This document shows positions 37,716-51,255 of a stretch of 64,000 nt of DNA, piece after piece. Under the pieces are notes generated by a model, which saw only the letters and a list, made by a program, of their open reading frames with translations, was not told the DNA's origin and ran no database searches. Both the position numbers and the translations under genes were made by a program. Each line of letters starts with the position of its first letter. Positions within the stretch are counted from its first letter, which is position 1. The DNA comes from Azolla caroliniana. Taxonomy: Eukaryota; Plantae; Polypodiophyta. The stretch is taken from assembly GCA_043228905.1 (NCBI GenBank), contig JBHGNT010000005.1:7936001-8000000 (forward strand), written 5' to 3'.

Positions 37716-40700
37716 ATCCTAAATAAGTCTGAGAGTCTAAGTATCACACTTTGATACAATGCTCTACCTTTGATCATATTTGACCATACTTTCTACACAT
37801 CTTCAACCAAGCCCAAGACGTGCACAAATTTATCTCACAACCACAATGTGCACACTCTCGATTGCAACATTCACTGGTAAAGTTCTTGAACATCGAGAGT
37901 CACTACTCACTTTCACACATATCACATGAAATGTAATTTATTTGGTCTCATAGGTGACCTCCGAAGACGATAATATAATCTATCTATCTCTCTCTCTTTG
38001 TGTGTAAGTGTGTGTGTGTGTGGTTGCTAGCTTGGTGTTTTACACCATCACATAGTCGTAAAATTTAGAGGAGCCAAGTTTGATCCTCACCATGGGCCAG
38101 GTTCCATATCATTTATTACGATCGGTCTCCTTGGATGTTAAAAAGATATTTACTATTTATCGTTTGTTGGCTTAGTGGTTGACGTTGTAGCATAAAAATG
38201 ATAGAACCAAAGCTCCATCGTCACCAAGGTCTATGCCCAATCCCGTATATCTCAATTGGAATTCTTTTCAATGCACCCAAAATATTGATCCCAATACTCA
38301 GGGAAAATGTCAAAACCCTTCATCACCAAGGGCTAGGACCAATGACATATATCTCAATTGGACTTCTTTTCAAATACATCCAAAATATTGGCCCCAATAC
38401 AATGTAAAATTGTTTGAACATATCCAATCGCATCTCACTACACCCATGAGCCTTGGATCTCCGTGAGCCTTAACACTTGTTTGAACTTGCTCACATAAGT
38501 TTGGTGTTGAGGTAGCATCATGTCATCATCACACAAACATGAAGATATGCAATGATAACTTAGTGAAGGATGAATATTACTTACTTATCATATGCTAAGA
38601 ATATATGGTAATTTGTGCAAATATGATGACTTGTTATACATGCATGATAATATGACCATCATACTCAAACTTCCACAGAGGGGTGGGCACATATGTGTGC
38701 AAATTATTTTCACATAGAAAGTTTTTACTACAAAGTAGTAAGTGTAATCACCCTTCTTAGGAAGGACTCACATACAAGATTATATGCGTCATCATAATCT
38801 TGGCAATATGTTGATTTCGTCGTAGGTCAAATTTGGCCCCATTGTAGCCAACAAAATTGCTATTAAACTCTATTATTGTTTTCTTTGTGGTTTACACGAT
38901 AACATCAATGTCACAAATATGATTCACTAGAGCTCCATCCTCGCATAGAACTCACTCCCTCTCTCTCTTTGTAATTAGGTTACCCTAGTTCTTACACTTC
39001 AAGAAGTATGTCTTGGGTTCTAGACCAAAATTTCCCACCTCTCTATTACTTCATACATATCTCTTAATTTATTAGATGCCAATGTGGAGTCTCTTTTTGT
39101 AATTAGCTTACCCTAGTTCTTACACTTCAAGCACACTATGTCTTGGGTTCTATACCAAAATTTCCCACCTCTTTATTACTTCATAATAATAAGTATCTCT
39201 TAATTTATTAGATGCCATTGTGGAGTCGAAATTTCTCACCTCTCTATTACTTCATACATATCTCTTAATTTTTTAGATGCCACTGTCTTGGAATTTAGGG
39301 CTTGAACACATGACCTCCTAGCCTCTATCGGGCAACCTTACCAACTTATCCTTCAGAAGTATTTGAATAAAATCAAACAACTTATCCTTGCCATACTCAA
39401 CAGTCAAAACCTTCACAAAATGAATGAGTGTGTTGCGTAAATGCGTATGAGTTTTACTTTTCCTTGTTACGATTAAATACATTTTTGTTATATTTTCTTC
39501 TATTATTTCGCAAAAATTATAACATGTGCGTTGTATTCCTCTTAATATATTTAAACATTTTAAGATGATTTGAACATTGTGGTTTTTTTCCTCTTAAGAA
39601 TTCATGTATTAATGGAGAAATTGATCTAGCAGTAGTAGTGACATGCTTGTACAAGTGAGAGATTTACAATCAATCCCCATGAACTAGTAGGACGTCATTG
39701 GATAGAATAACGAAACAACAATATTTTATCTGCAAATGGGCAAGTTCATGAATAGTCATTCTTTTTTACCCATAAAAATATCCTCCATTGGTATTAACAT
39801 AAAATGGCCCAAGGCAATATACAAAATAGTCCACTACTACAAAGAAAATTGCAACATAATTAACTAGAGAAGTATTGAACGCTTGTGTAGCTTCAACGGT
39901 CTCAACAACACCGGGTTCAAAAAACCCCATCTTTTTACAAACTGAATATGTATTTTTTGGCTTTATCAAAGTAGTCTATGCCACCTATATTGCTCAACAT
40001 CTCTTCTATTTTGATGCAAATTGATAGCGTCATATGTCACATAATACCTCTCCCTGCAATTTGAATACAACTTTGCCGATGAGTTCCAATGTTTGTTGTC
40101 AAAAAATGTACGTTGCTGCTAGCAACGTGTAGAACTTGGAACCAAAGTGATATAGATTTTCACAGTTTTCTTCCCCATCATCTACAACAAAGAAAAGAGA
40201 AAAACACTCTCCAAATCTCCCTTTCACTCCCTAGAAATGCTTGATCCTCCATTAAAATCCTCCATCTCTTCCACCAATTTAGATGAAGTATATATATATA
40301 CATTCTTCCCCTTTCCATCTATAAGGACAGTTTCCCCCATCGAAGTTGTCCTTATAACATCAACCATTTCGACGTCGGATATCACCCAAAGGATGTACCT
40401 ATGACAACAAAATGATACGGTAACCTCATCACCTCAAGAAAAAATGTTTTGGCCTCCACACCATCTTCACTCAACCTAATCAGAAAAAAATTCTTCATTC
40501 ACTCCACATCGACCATGTCGCTGATTATCACCAAGTTCCTGTATAAATAACAACAAACCTCATGATCTGCTTCGGCCATCAGTCATCATAGTAAGCAACC
40601 TAAAGTCTTCTTCATTCAATCCACATAACAAAGAAAGGAGGAAAACACTCTCCAAATTTGAAAATTAATAAACACATAAGCAATTCTCCCTTTCACTCCC

Positions 40701-41060
40701 TCAAAATGTTTCATCCTCTATTAAAATCATCAATCTCTTCCACAAATTTAGACGAAGTATATAATACATTTTTTCCGCCTTTTCCCTCTATAAGAACGGC
40801 TTCCCCAATCAAAGACATTCTTCCTTTGAACTCCATGAGGAAAATAATTTATAAGGGGCATATGGTGTGATTATGGTATATAGATGAGATCACCTATTTT
40901 TCCCAATATGAAGAGATCTTATTTGGTTAATACATTCTTCTAAAATACAAAACATATAGGGTTGCATGTAGTGAGACCATAAAACATAGCATTTCCATAG
41001 TTTCTAACATCAAAATTATTTGGAGATCACAATACATAGGAGATACACAATGATCTTCTT

Positions 41061-41096
<36 letters not shown>

Positions 41097-41314
41097 TCAT
41101 AATAAGCTTACCCTAGTGATGACTTGTTAACACTACAAGCATTGCGTCTTAGGTTTGAAACCCACTTTTTTCACCTCTCTATTACATACTTCACACATAT
41201 CTCTTAATTCACTAGATGTCATTGTGGAATGTAGGGGTTGAACCCATGACCACCCGGTCTCCATTGGGCAACCTTCTCTCTTTCTCTCTCTCTCTTCTTC
41301 TTCTTTTTTCTTTT

Positions 41315-42325
41315 CATAAATCAATGTTTGTTATTAAAACAAATGATAATACAACCCTTGTTATCTTCACTACATCATGAATAGTGACAATGCAAGGGGA
41401 ACCCTCTCAAGTGTTGCAAAACTAGATGACATACCTCTATCTCCTCTTGGGACAATGTCCCCAAACAACATAGTTGTGAAAATTGCCACATCAACTTCCC
41501 TTTCATCCTACGAAGTTGTTGTGTTACCCCATGAAGGCCATCAAACAAGAACCCATTTCTCATGGTCCAATTAAACCAAACCCCCCAATACCTAAGGTAG
41601 TCAAACACAACCTTATATGATGGTGCGGGCATGCCTTTATCGTCATTAATAAAAACCCAGTGAAAAGGTGACAAAATATTGCCTGTTATCGATGCCCAAA
41701 TTTGTGATATAACAACCCAAATGGCTTTAGCAACCGGACATGTAATGAACCTATGTCTAGCATCTTCCTCAACCACTATGCAAAAAACATGTCCCATTTG
41801 AAATATTTCTACGTTTTAAAGTCATCGCCAAAGGCAACCCACCTACAATCACAGGCGAAAAAAACACCTTAGCACAGAACGGAAGATGAGACTGCCATGC
41901 TGCATCCAAAACTCTACGCCACCACTTTACATGTCAAGTAATGTACCATGTGTCTAAAACCTTAGTTGCAAACCAAGCTTTATCTTAAACCAACTTATGG
42001 TATACATCATTTGTGTTCACCACAAACATTGGTTGTCCAATACCAAATGACCAATATTTCCACCAATATTTCCATGGATCCTCAACCATCAACTCTGGAA
42101 GTAGGAAAACTAATCTAGACAATACTAATATTGATTCCCAAATATACCCATATCCACGTGGTATACAAAACTTATTTCTAACTGTCTGAATACATGACTC
42201 TAATATACCATCTTCCACCGTTACCAAGCCTAGCCTGGCCATTCAATTAAACTGTGTATTTAGGCTTTCTTTTCCATCCCAATGTATTATCCTTGAAGAT
42301 GCCAACACCTCAACTGCCAAGGAAT

Positions 42326-42327
<2 letters not shown>
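41315..42327 (-). mobile_element. 5'-truncated LINE copy of a more diverged subfamily (zf-RVT)
   Basis: HRFITCPVAKAIW...YLRYWGVWFNWTMRNGFLFDG. Flanked by a GA/GAA-rich tract (41275-41315) and (TC)n (42328-42374). Confidence 0.8.
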
Positions 42328-42370
<43 letters not shown>

Positions 42371-42377
<7 letters not shown>

Positions 42378-42449
42378 TTGTGCATGTCATCCTTGCGCAA
42401 GGGCCATGCAAATCTTCTCTGTATCGTTCCAATTTTATTAGATGTCTCC
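42371..42449 (-). pseudogene. U6: U6 snRNA retro-pseudogene (5'- and 3'-truncated)
   Basis: Minus strand GGAGACATCTAATAAAATTGGAACGATACAGAGAAGATTTGCATGGCCCTTGCGCAAGGATGACATGCACAAATCGAGA matches plant U6, including the ACAGAGA box. It lacks the 5' stem start, the 3' AATGGTCCAAATTTT tail and any USE/TATA promoter. Confidence 0.92.
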
Positions 42450-43377
42450 AATTTTCTCACCTCTATATTACTCCATAGATATGTATCTCTTATTTCACTA
42501 GATGACATTACAAAGATCTCTCTCTCTCTCTCTTTGCATCAACATCATAAAATTTGAGGAAACTCAAGTTCCATCCCTCGGTCCTATCCCACAAAATGAA
42601 ATCGCTCTTTATTTATCTATCTTCAAGAGCGTGATGTTGCATCCTATTGCAATGCTCCACATTCAAGATTAGTTCGCCCCATTTTCAACTCTACCACACA
42701 TTTATATTCTCAACCATGTTGGCTATTATCAACAAACACAATAATTATATCAAAACACAAAAACCAACACACACATCACCAACCATGTGGGCATCCAATA
42801 CAAGCATCATGCCCAAACACCAAATTCACTTATTGTGCCATTACAATGTCTCTTCATTATACCATTCTAAGTTTACCTAATTACTAAAATACCATGAGAT
42901 AATCCCATGCAGACCATTGAATGGTGTTGCCATTAGAATGCAACCCTTTCAGCGTACCATTTAAATGTCACCGAAATTCAAAATTGTCATAAGATAATGT
43001 CATGCATATCGTAACCTAATGTCCTTTACACATCATACGAGGATATACCATTGTTGTCTCCATGCCATTGAATCGCTATCATCCAATGGAGGTAGATAAT
43101 AGGTACATCTAAAAAGCATCATGTTGCGAAAATAAAGGTGATCATAGAACTTGTTCAACAATAGAAGACTCCTTACGAGGAAAAGGTCATTGACACATCT
43201 GCCTATATATAGAGAGATAAATGAGCAAAACAACAACAAAACACTCATCCATAAAACAAACGCTTCAATATACATAGTTGTGGGCATCATCACACACTTT
43301 GATCTACTATACTTGTTTTGATCATCACTTTCTTTGGCTTATTTTTCCTTTGCTATTGCTTCAAAGTTTATCACCAT

Positions 43378-45116
<1,739 letters not shown>

Positions 45117-45805
45117 TGACCACAGCAAATGGTCAGGTCCCCCATACCGATACCTATGGACGGCATCCTCCTTCCCCATGTTTACCCCCATGGAAGGTTT
45201 GAGGAGAAATCTTCTCAACTATGGCCACCAGAATTAAGATCATTTTTTATCATTTTCAAGTCGAGTCGGGCCACCCCTCTCCCGAATGCTTGAGCTATCG
45301 AAGCATCTCGTCTTAACCTTTTGACAACACCGTGAAGCAAGACTCATCTCAATTCTCCTTGTTGATCACTACAACAAATGTCTACCCGATCTTCATACTC
45401 TAATAAACTTTCATGTGTTTTCTACAATCGCAGGCTAACTAAACAACTCAAAAGACTAATGTTATTTAGTCATGTTTTTCAAATATTAGAACTTACAAAT
45501 ATATTATACTTTGTCTTGAAAAGAACATGTTTCATTGATGTTTCTGGGACGCCTCCCCAAAAGAGAGAGTGATGAAATATCCACTTAGGCCCTAAAATGT
45601 GCTATTAATTAAGTTAAAACGTGAATGTGTGAAAGATGTCTTTAGCATGAGAGTCGAACAATATAAGTATGTGACAATGTATCTAGAGATGAGGGATGTC
45701 ATGGGAACCCTGATTGATTTATGGTGAGCTGATAGGATATCATGTTCCATCAATTGTAATTTGACTTTGGTCATTAATACATTGTTATTTGAGAGAGAGA
45801 GAGAG

Positions 45806-45995
45806 TATTAATGTGGCAATTTTCTTTATTGGAGCAAGTGGATATTCTTTTCTCAATGGAGTGTTTGTCTTGCCTATTGGCAATTCAAGATGTTCCACTA
45901 CCCATGTAGTTAGTTAGTGGGTGACCATATTGCATTGTGACACCCATTGTAAGTAGTTCTTTTGCACGTTTATTAATATAATTGTGTTTTTTCAA
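45806..45995 (+). mobile_element. Very short 5'-truncated LINE 3' end flanked by (GA)n
   Basis: Matches the reverse complement of 34614-34815. (GA)n at 45790-45805 and 45996-46014. Confidence 0.85.
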
Positions 45996-48900
45996 AGAGA
46001 GAGAGAGAGAGAGACGAAAAACGCGATGACGTTTCAAGAATAGTGTTGAAACATGTTTCTGATGTAACTTTGTCCTTAGAACTCCGTTTTTTATGATTTT
46101 TGGCTCGTTGCGAAGCTCGTTCAGAGGGCTTTCCAAACATTATTTGGACATTACGTTTCATTATCGTTACAAGAAGCTACAAGCAAAAGTGTCATCGTCT
46201 CAGGTTAGTTCTCTCAATCTCTATTAGGATGGCTGCCACAACAACAGGAAGTGAGTTGATGATTGTTGATGGATGTGGTAGTGATGATGGTTATAAAAAT
46301 TACAAAAGGCAAAAGTGTATTGATTCTACAAAACATGAGAAAACATCATATGCTGCTATTCTTCGTGGGAAAGATGTTATTGGAGATGATTATGATATTG
46401 ACAGTCGTTGTGATTTTGTTAAGGCTTTGATTTCCGATTTTATGGAAAAAAAATGAGAAAGATGCTAAAGATTGTGTGGAGGAGGATATTGTTGAGGTGG
46501 TCATGGAGACCAACTCTATGTTAGCAACTTTTGACAGGTTCTATGATTGTGGTGTTATTTTGTATTTCACTAGCAAACTTCCTTTGGTATCATGGATTAA
46601 GCAATGGTTGAATTCATTCATAATGCCTAATTGTGTTGAGGATGTGTATGTGGATCCAAGAGGTTTCTATGATGTAGTTTTTCGATTGTCAGACCACCGT
46701 ATGGCTTTGATGGCAAAGGTACCATTTTTTTTTTATAGAAGATTAGTGCATGTGATGGAATGTGGTGGATTATAAAGATTTATTAAAACAACATTGTCCA
46801 ATTTGGGTGACCGTTGATTGTAGTAACTCATTCTTTTGGGATTTACTACCAGGATTGATGTCCCAAATTGGTAAAGTTTTGGTTGCTCCTCATGTTAATT
46901 CATTGAACAAATGTAGATTTTGCATGTTATGGGATACAAGTTGTAAACTGTTGAGAAATTGTTCGGGCAAATCACAATAAACAAACTATGCTGAAATACG
47001 AATCACAGATATGCCAGATAAAGAAAAAAAAACAGGACAACAATGGTGCACAGAGATTTAACGTGGAAACCCTAAAACAGAAGAAAACCACGGGAACAAA
47101 GCTTCACTATGTTAGTGGATATACAACACTCCTTTGAGTGTATTAGCCATGTAGGGCTCTTGGCGTATTCTGTTACGCACACAGCTATGGCGCCGCTCTC
47201 ACTCACTCTTTGTCTCACCCGCTCTCGTGCTACTTCTGTTCAACTATATTCTCACGTTTTGCCCTAAGTGTATTTATACTTATACACTATATGGGCTATT
47301 TACAAATGTAGCCTTTGCTACGTATCATTATTATTATTGCTATAATAATAATAGTCGAACTATCAAACAATCGACTCACTATTTTCGACTCTTCGACTAT
47401 CGGCTTTCTGAACAGTCGGATCTTCCCTGTCTTCGACTGTTGGCACTCCTTGGTCCGATCAGTCGACTCCTCATAGTCATCGACTGTCAGCAACTTCGGG
47501 ATAGTCGGTTCCTCCTCCCACTGGAGGGACATATTCCCAACAAACTCTCCCTTCACTCTAGTGGGAGGAAGTCAGTCAGTCTTGTCTTCTGTCGATAGAC
47601 TCTGCGTCTATCCATAGGTAGGTTCTTCGTTAGCATGTCGGATCCATTGTCATCGGTATGGATCTTCACCAAGGAAAAGTCTCCTTCTTCGACTCTCTCC
47701 CGCAACCAGTGATACCTTCTTTGTATATGCTTGGTCCGGGAATGGTATGCAGCATTCTTGGCAAGATGTATGGCACTCTGGCTATCACAATGAAGCAAAA
47801 GCTCCTTTTGCTTCATCCCTAATTCGGTGAGAAAATTTCTCATCCAAATTAGCTCTTTGCCGGCCTCTACCACTGCCATATACTCTACCTCTGTAGTCGA
47901 CAACGCTACAGACTTCTGTAGTCGTGACTGCCATGACACTGCTCCCCCTGCATAGGTCATCACGTACCTTGACGTGGATCGGCTCGAGTCGACATCTCCC
48001 AACATGTCCGAATCGGTAAAGCCTTCTAGTAGAGGTTTTCCGACACCATACCTTAGGCACACCCCCGAGGTGCCCTGTAAGTACCTAAGTATCCATTTCA
48101 CTGCTGCCCAATGTTCTCTCCCTGGATTACTCATATATTAGCTTACTGCTCGTACAGCAAAAGCTATGTTTGGTCTCGTAAAGACCATAGCATACATTAG
48201 ACTGCCGACAGTCAAGGCATACGGTACCTTCCTCATCTCGACCTTCTCCTTCTCCCCTCTCGGGCATTGCTTCGCATTTAACCTGCAATTTGTCGGCAAC
48301 ACTGAGTCGACCAGCTTTGCGTTCGACATGTTGAACCTTTCTAAGATCTTCGTCACATACTTTTGTTGTGACAACCATAGCACCCTTTTGGTTCTGTCCT
48401 GAACTATGTGCATGCCTAAGATCTGTTTAGCCGGTCCAAGGTCTTTCATGGCAAATGATTGCCGAGAGCTTTCTTCAAGCTTCCAATCTTCCTTGTATCT
48501 TGACCGACTATCAACATGTCATCGACATATAGCAAGAGAATCAAGAAGTCTCCTTCTTCGTACCTTTTGATGAACACACAGTGATTGGCCTGTGTTTTTT
48601 GGAACTGATGATCCATCATGAAGGACTCGAACTTCTTGTACCATTGATGTGGAGCTTGTTTCAGACCGTACAATCTTTTCTTCAGTCGACACACTAGATT
48701 CTCTTTCCCTTTCTTCTCAAAGCCTTCGGGTTGCTGGATATAGATTTCTTCTTCTAGCTCCCCGTGTAGAAATGCGGTTTTCACATCCAACTGTTCAATC
48801 TCCAGATCCATACTGGCCGCTATGCTCAGAACAGTTCGAATGGATGTCATCTTCACGACTGGTGCGAATATTTCGTCAAAGTCCACACCCTTTTTCTGTT

Positions 48901-49038
48901 GAAAACCCTTCACCACTATGCAGGCTTTATACCTGGGCTCACTGTTAGCTTCTCTAGTCTTCACTTTGTAGACCCATTTATTCTTGAGTGCTCTCTTACC
49001 TTTCGGCAGCTCTACTAGGTCGTAGGTGTAATTCTCGT

Positions 49039-49767
49039 TGTCGTAGTGTATTTTGTACACTACGTGAAAAACGTATATAGTATTAGATTCAATAAAAAAA
49101 TGAAGAAATAGAAGAAAATAGCAAAATAAATGGAACATGCATAGGGCAAGATTCAAACCTTGCACCTCCATGTTAATAATGTAATGTCTTACCATTACAC
49201 TAGCATTTCATTAGTGTTAAAGCATAGATGTCCCACATAGAAAGGTAAATTCACGCTAGGATAAACATTAGAAAAACGCATAACAAAAGAAAAAGCTACA
49301 CATACACATCTAGCGTGCATGATAAAAAACACACAAGTTAGAAAAAGCATGATCACTTTAGATAAAGCATATAGTCTATCTATAGGAAAAGCATGGGGTC
49401 TATAGTTAGAGAAAAAGCATGGATTACTAAGACTTCCTCATCACTACATAAGGATGGGGAGCACAATGTAATTGTGTGTGAAAAATATTTGGAAACTAGA
49501 TATGTTTCTAAAAAACACCAATTAATAAACTATACTCGTGGGATTCACGAGAATTCTATATCATTCTCTTTCAACCGAAGTTTATATTCTTATATTCATA
49601 TTGATTAATCTAATACAATACACTCGTGGGATTCACGAGTTTGCTATAACTCTTTCTTACAACATATTTATATTCTTATTAGCCTTAAAACTCTCCTCTT
49701 CCTAGTCCAAAACCTTGGCGGTTCCCACCCGACTCACGCAAACGATCCGGAGCCGAAAGGCACGGCA
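49039..49767. mobile_element. Probable solo LTR (729 bp) with 4-bp TSD, inserted at the copia RT start
   Basis: Ends TGTCGT...ACGGCA with TSD TCGT (49035-49038 and 49768-49771). Removing it restores copia ESLHENYTYDLVELP. The termini resemble the Trp-PBS gypsy LTR (TGTCGTG). Confidence 0.75.
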
Positions 49768-50386
49768 TCGTGCAAGGATTCCAACTCATCTTGCATCGCG
49801 CTCAGCCATTTCGCTCTGTGCTCATCGGCAATGGCTTCTTCATAGCACTCTGGTTCACCTTCATCAATCAAGAGGATGTATTGACTGGCATATGTAGTCG
49901 GTGCTTTCCTCTCCTTGAGTGGGTATCTTCTTCCACTCGTTGTTGGCTCACTTTTGGATGTCTCTGCCAACTCTTCTCTCTGCTCGGGATTCTGCTCGTC
50001 AATCAGCCTCTCAAGGTTGGGTAAGTCCAACTCATATTCATCAATTGACCTTTGCAGCTCTGCCGACTCTGACCCACAGTCAGTCGATCTCCCCGAGTCG
50101 ACCGACTCGGATTCGGCTCTGTCGGCCAGTTGTCTCGTTACAGCTGTTGGTGATGACTCACTTGGCCTTAAGTCGATGGTAGTCGGGGTTGATTGGGGAA
50201 TTGATTCCAACTTCTGTTGCTTCCAGTCTTCAATCGTCTTGTCTTCTAAAAACACTACATCCCGACTTCTCATTACCTTCTTGTTGACTAGGCCCATGTC
50301 TTCCAACTATGGTCGTGAATGAATGTCACAAAGTATTGTCCACCTCGATGCAATGGAGCATCAACATAGCACACGTCTGTGTGTAC

Positions 50387-51255
50387 CAAGGTTGTTAGGT
50401 ACGTTATGTACGGTACGGATACCATATGTATTTAACGTATTAATACCCGTATAGTACCTCCCAATTTAAAAATACATTAAATACGTTTTCTTAATATGTT
50501 AAATACTTATAAAATACATAAAGTACGTAAAATACGTAAAGTACGTAAAATACGTATTTTACGTATAGTACGTTAAATACTTCTAGAATTTGAAAATTAT
50601 TTACCTTTCTAAAAAATATCTATAATATTGTAAAAAACATCTATGTTTACACAATTTTGTGATGTACAATATAGTTCTACATCCTAAAATGCATATAAGA
50701 CATTTGAACATTTCACATCCTAAAATACCTGTAGTAATATGGATGTCGACATTCCCTTATTCTATAAATCAGTGTAAGTGTGTATCACGATGTTCTACTT
50801 CAAATTGTAATTATTTACAATTATTTCTTCATAGATTGAGGAATCATCTACGATTATCACATTCATGATAGATTTCTCTTTTCTTCATTTTCTTCTTCTT
50901 CTTCTTCTATCTTTTGCGATTATCACACTCAGGACAGGTTTATGTCTTCTTTTCTCTCTTCTTCTTCTTCTTCTTCTTCATCTTCTTCATCATCGTCTCT
51001 TCTATTCTTCTTTCTTCCTTCCTTTGGCTTCTTTTTCACTAAAATCTTTTTTTTCTTTTGCTTTTTGTTAGGGTTTTACTTACATTTTCTTTATAAATAC
51101 GTATTATACCTATTTTTTTATAAATACGTTAAATACCCTATTGGACAAATGTACATGATATTTGACTGAACAACATTGAGGTATAGTACATACTATACAA
51201 ATGATGAGGTACTATACGTATTTAAATGTTAAATATGGGTACGTAAACAACCATG
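50387..51255. mobile_element. Non-autonomous hAT element (MITE), copy 1
   Basis: TIRs CAAGGTTGTT / AACAACCATG, 8-bp TSD GTGTGTAC, many subterminal ATACGT motifs. Confidence 0.92.

Noticed and set aside
39766-40870. Short ORFs and a ~160-bp diverged direct repeat (40185-40345 and 40627-40815)
   Set aside because: No recognisable protein motif, termini or TSD, so it cannot be classified.
42371-42449. Functional U6 snRNA gene
   Set aside because: Both ends are missing, there are substitutions in conserved positions (AGC triad region reads TGC), and no USE/TATA or T-run terminator is present.
49039-49070. Terminal hairpin suggesting a Helitron end
   Set aside because: The insert has TG...CA ends and a 4-bp TSD, and lacks TC/CTRR ends and an AT target site.
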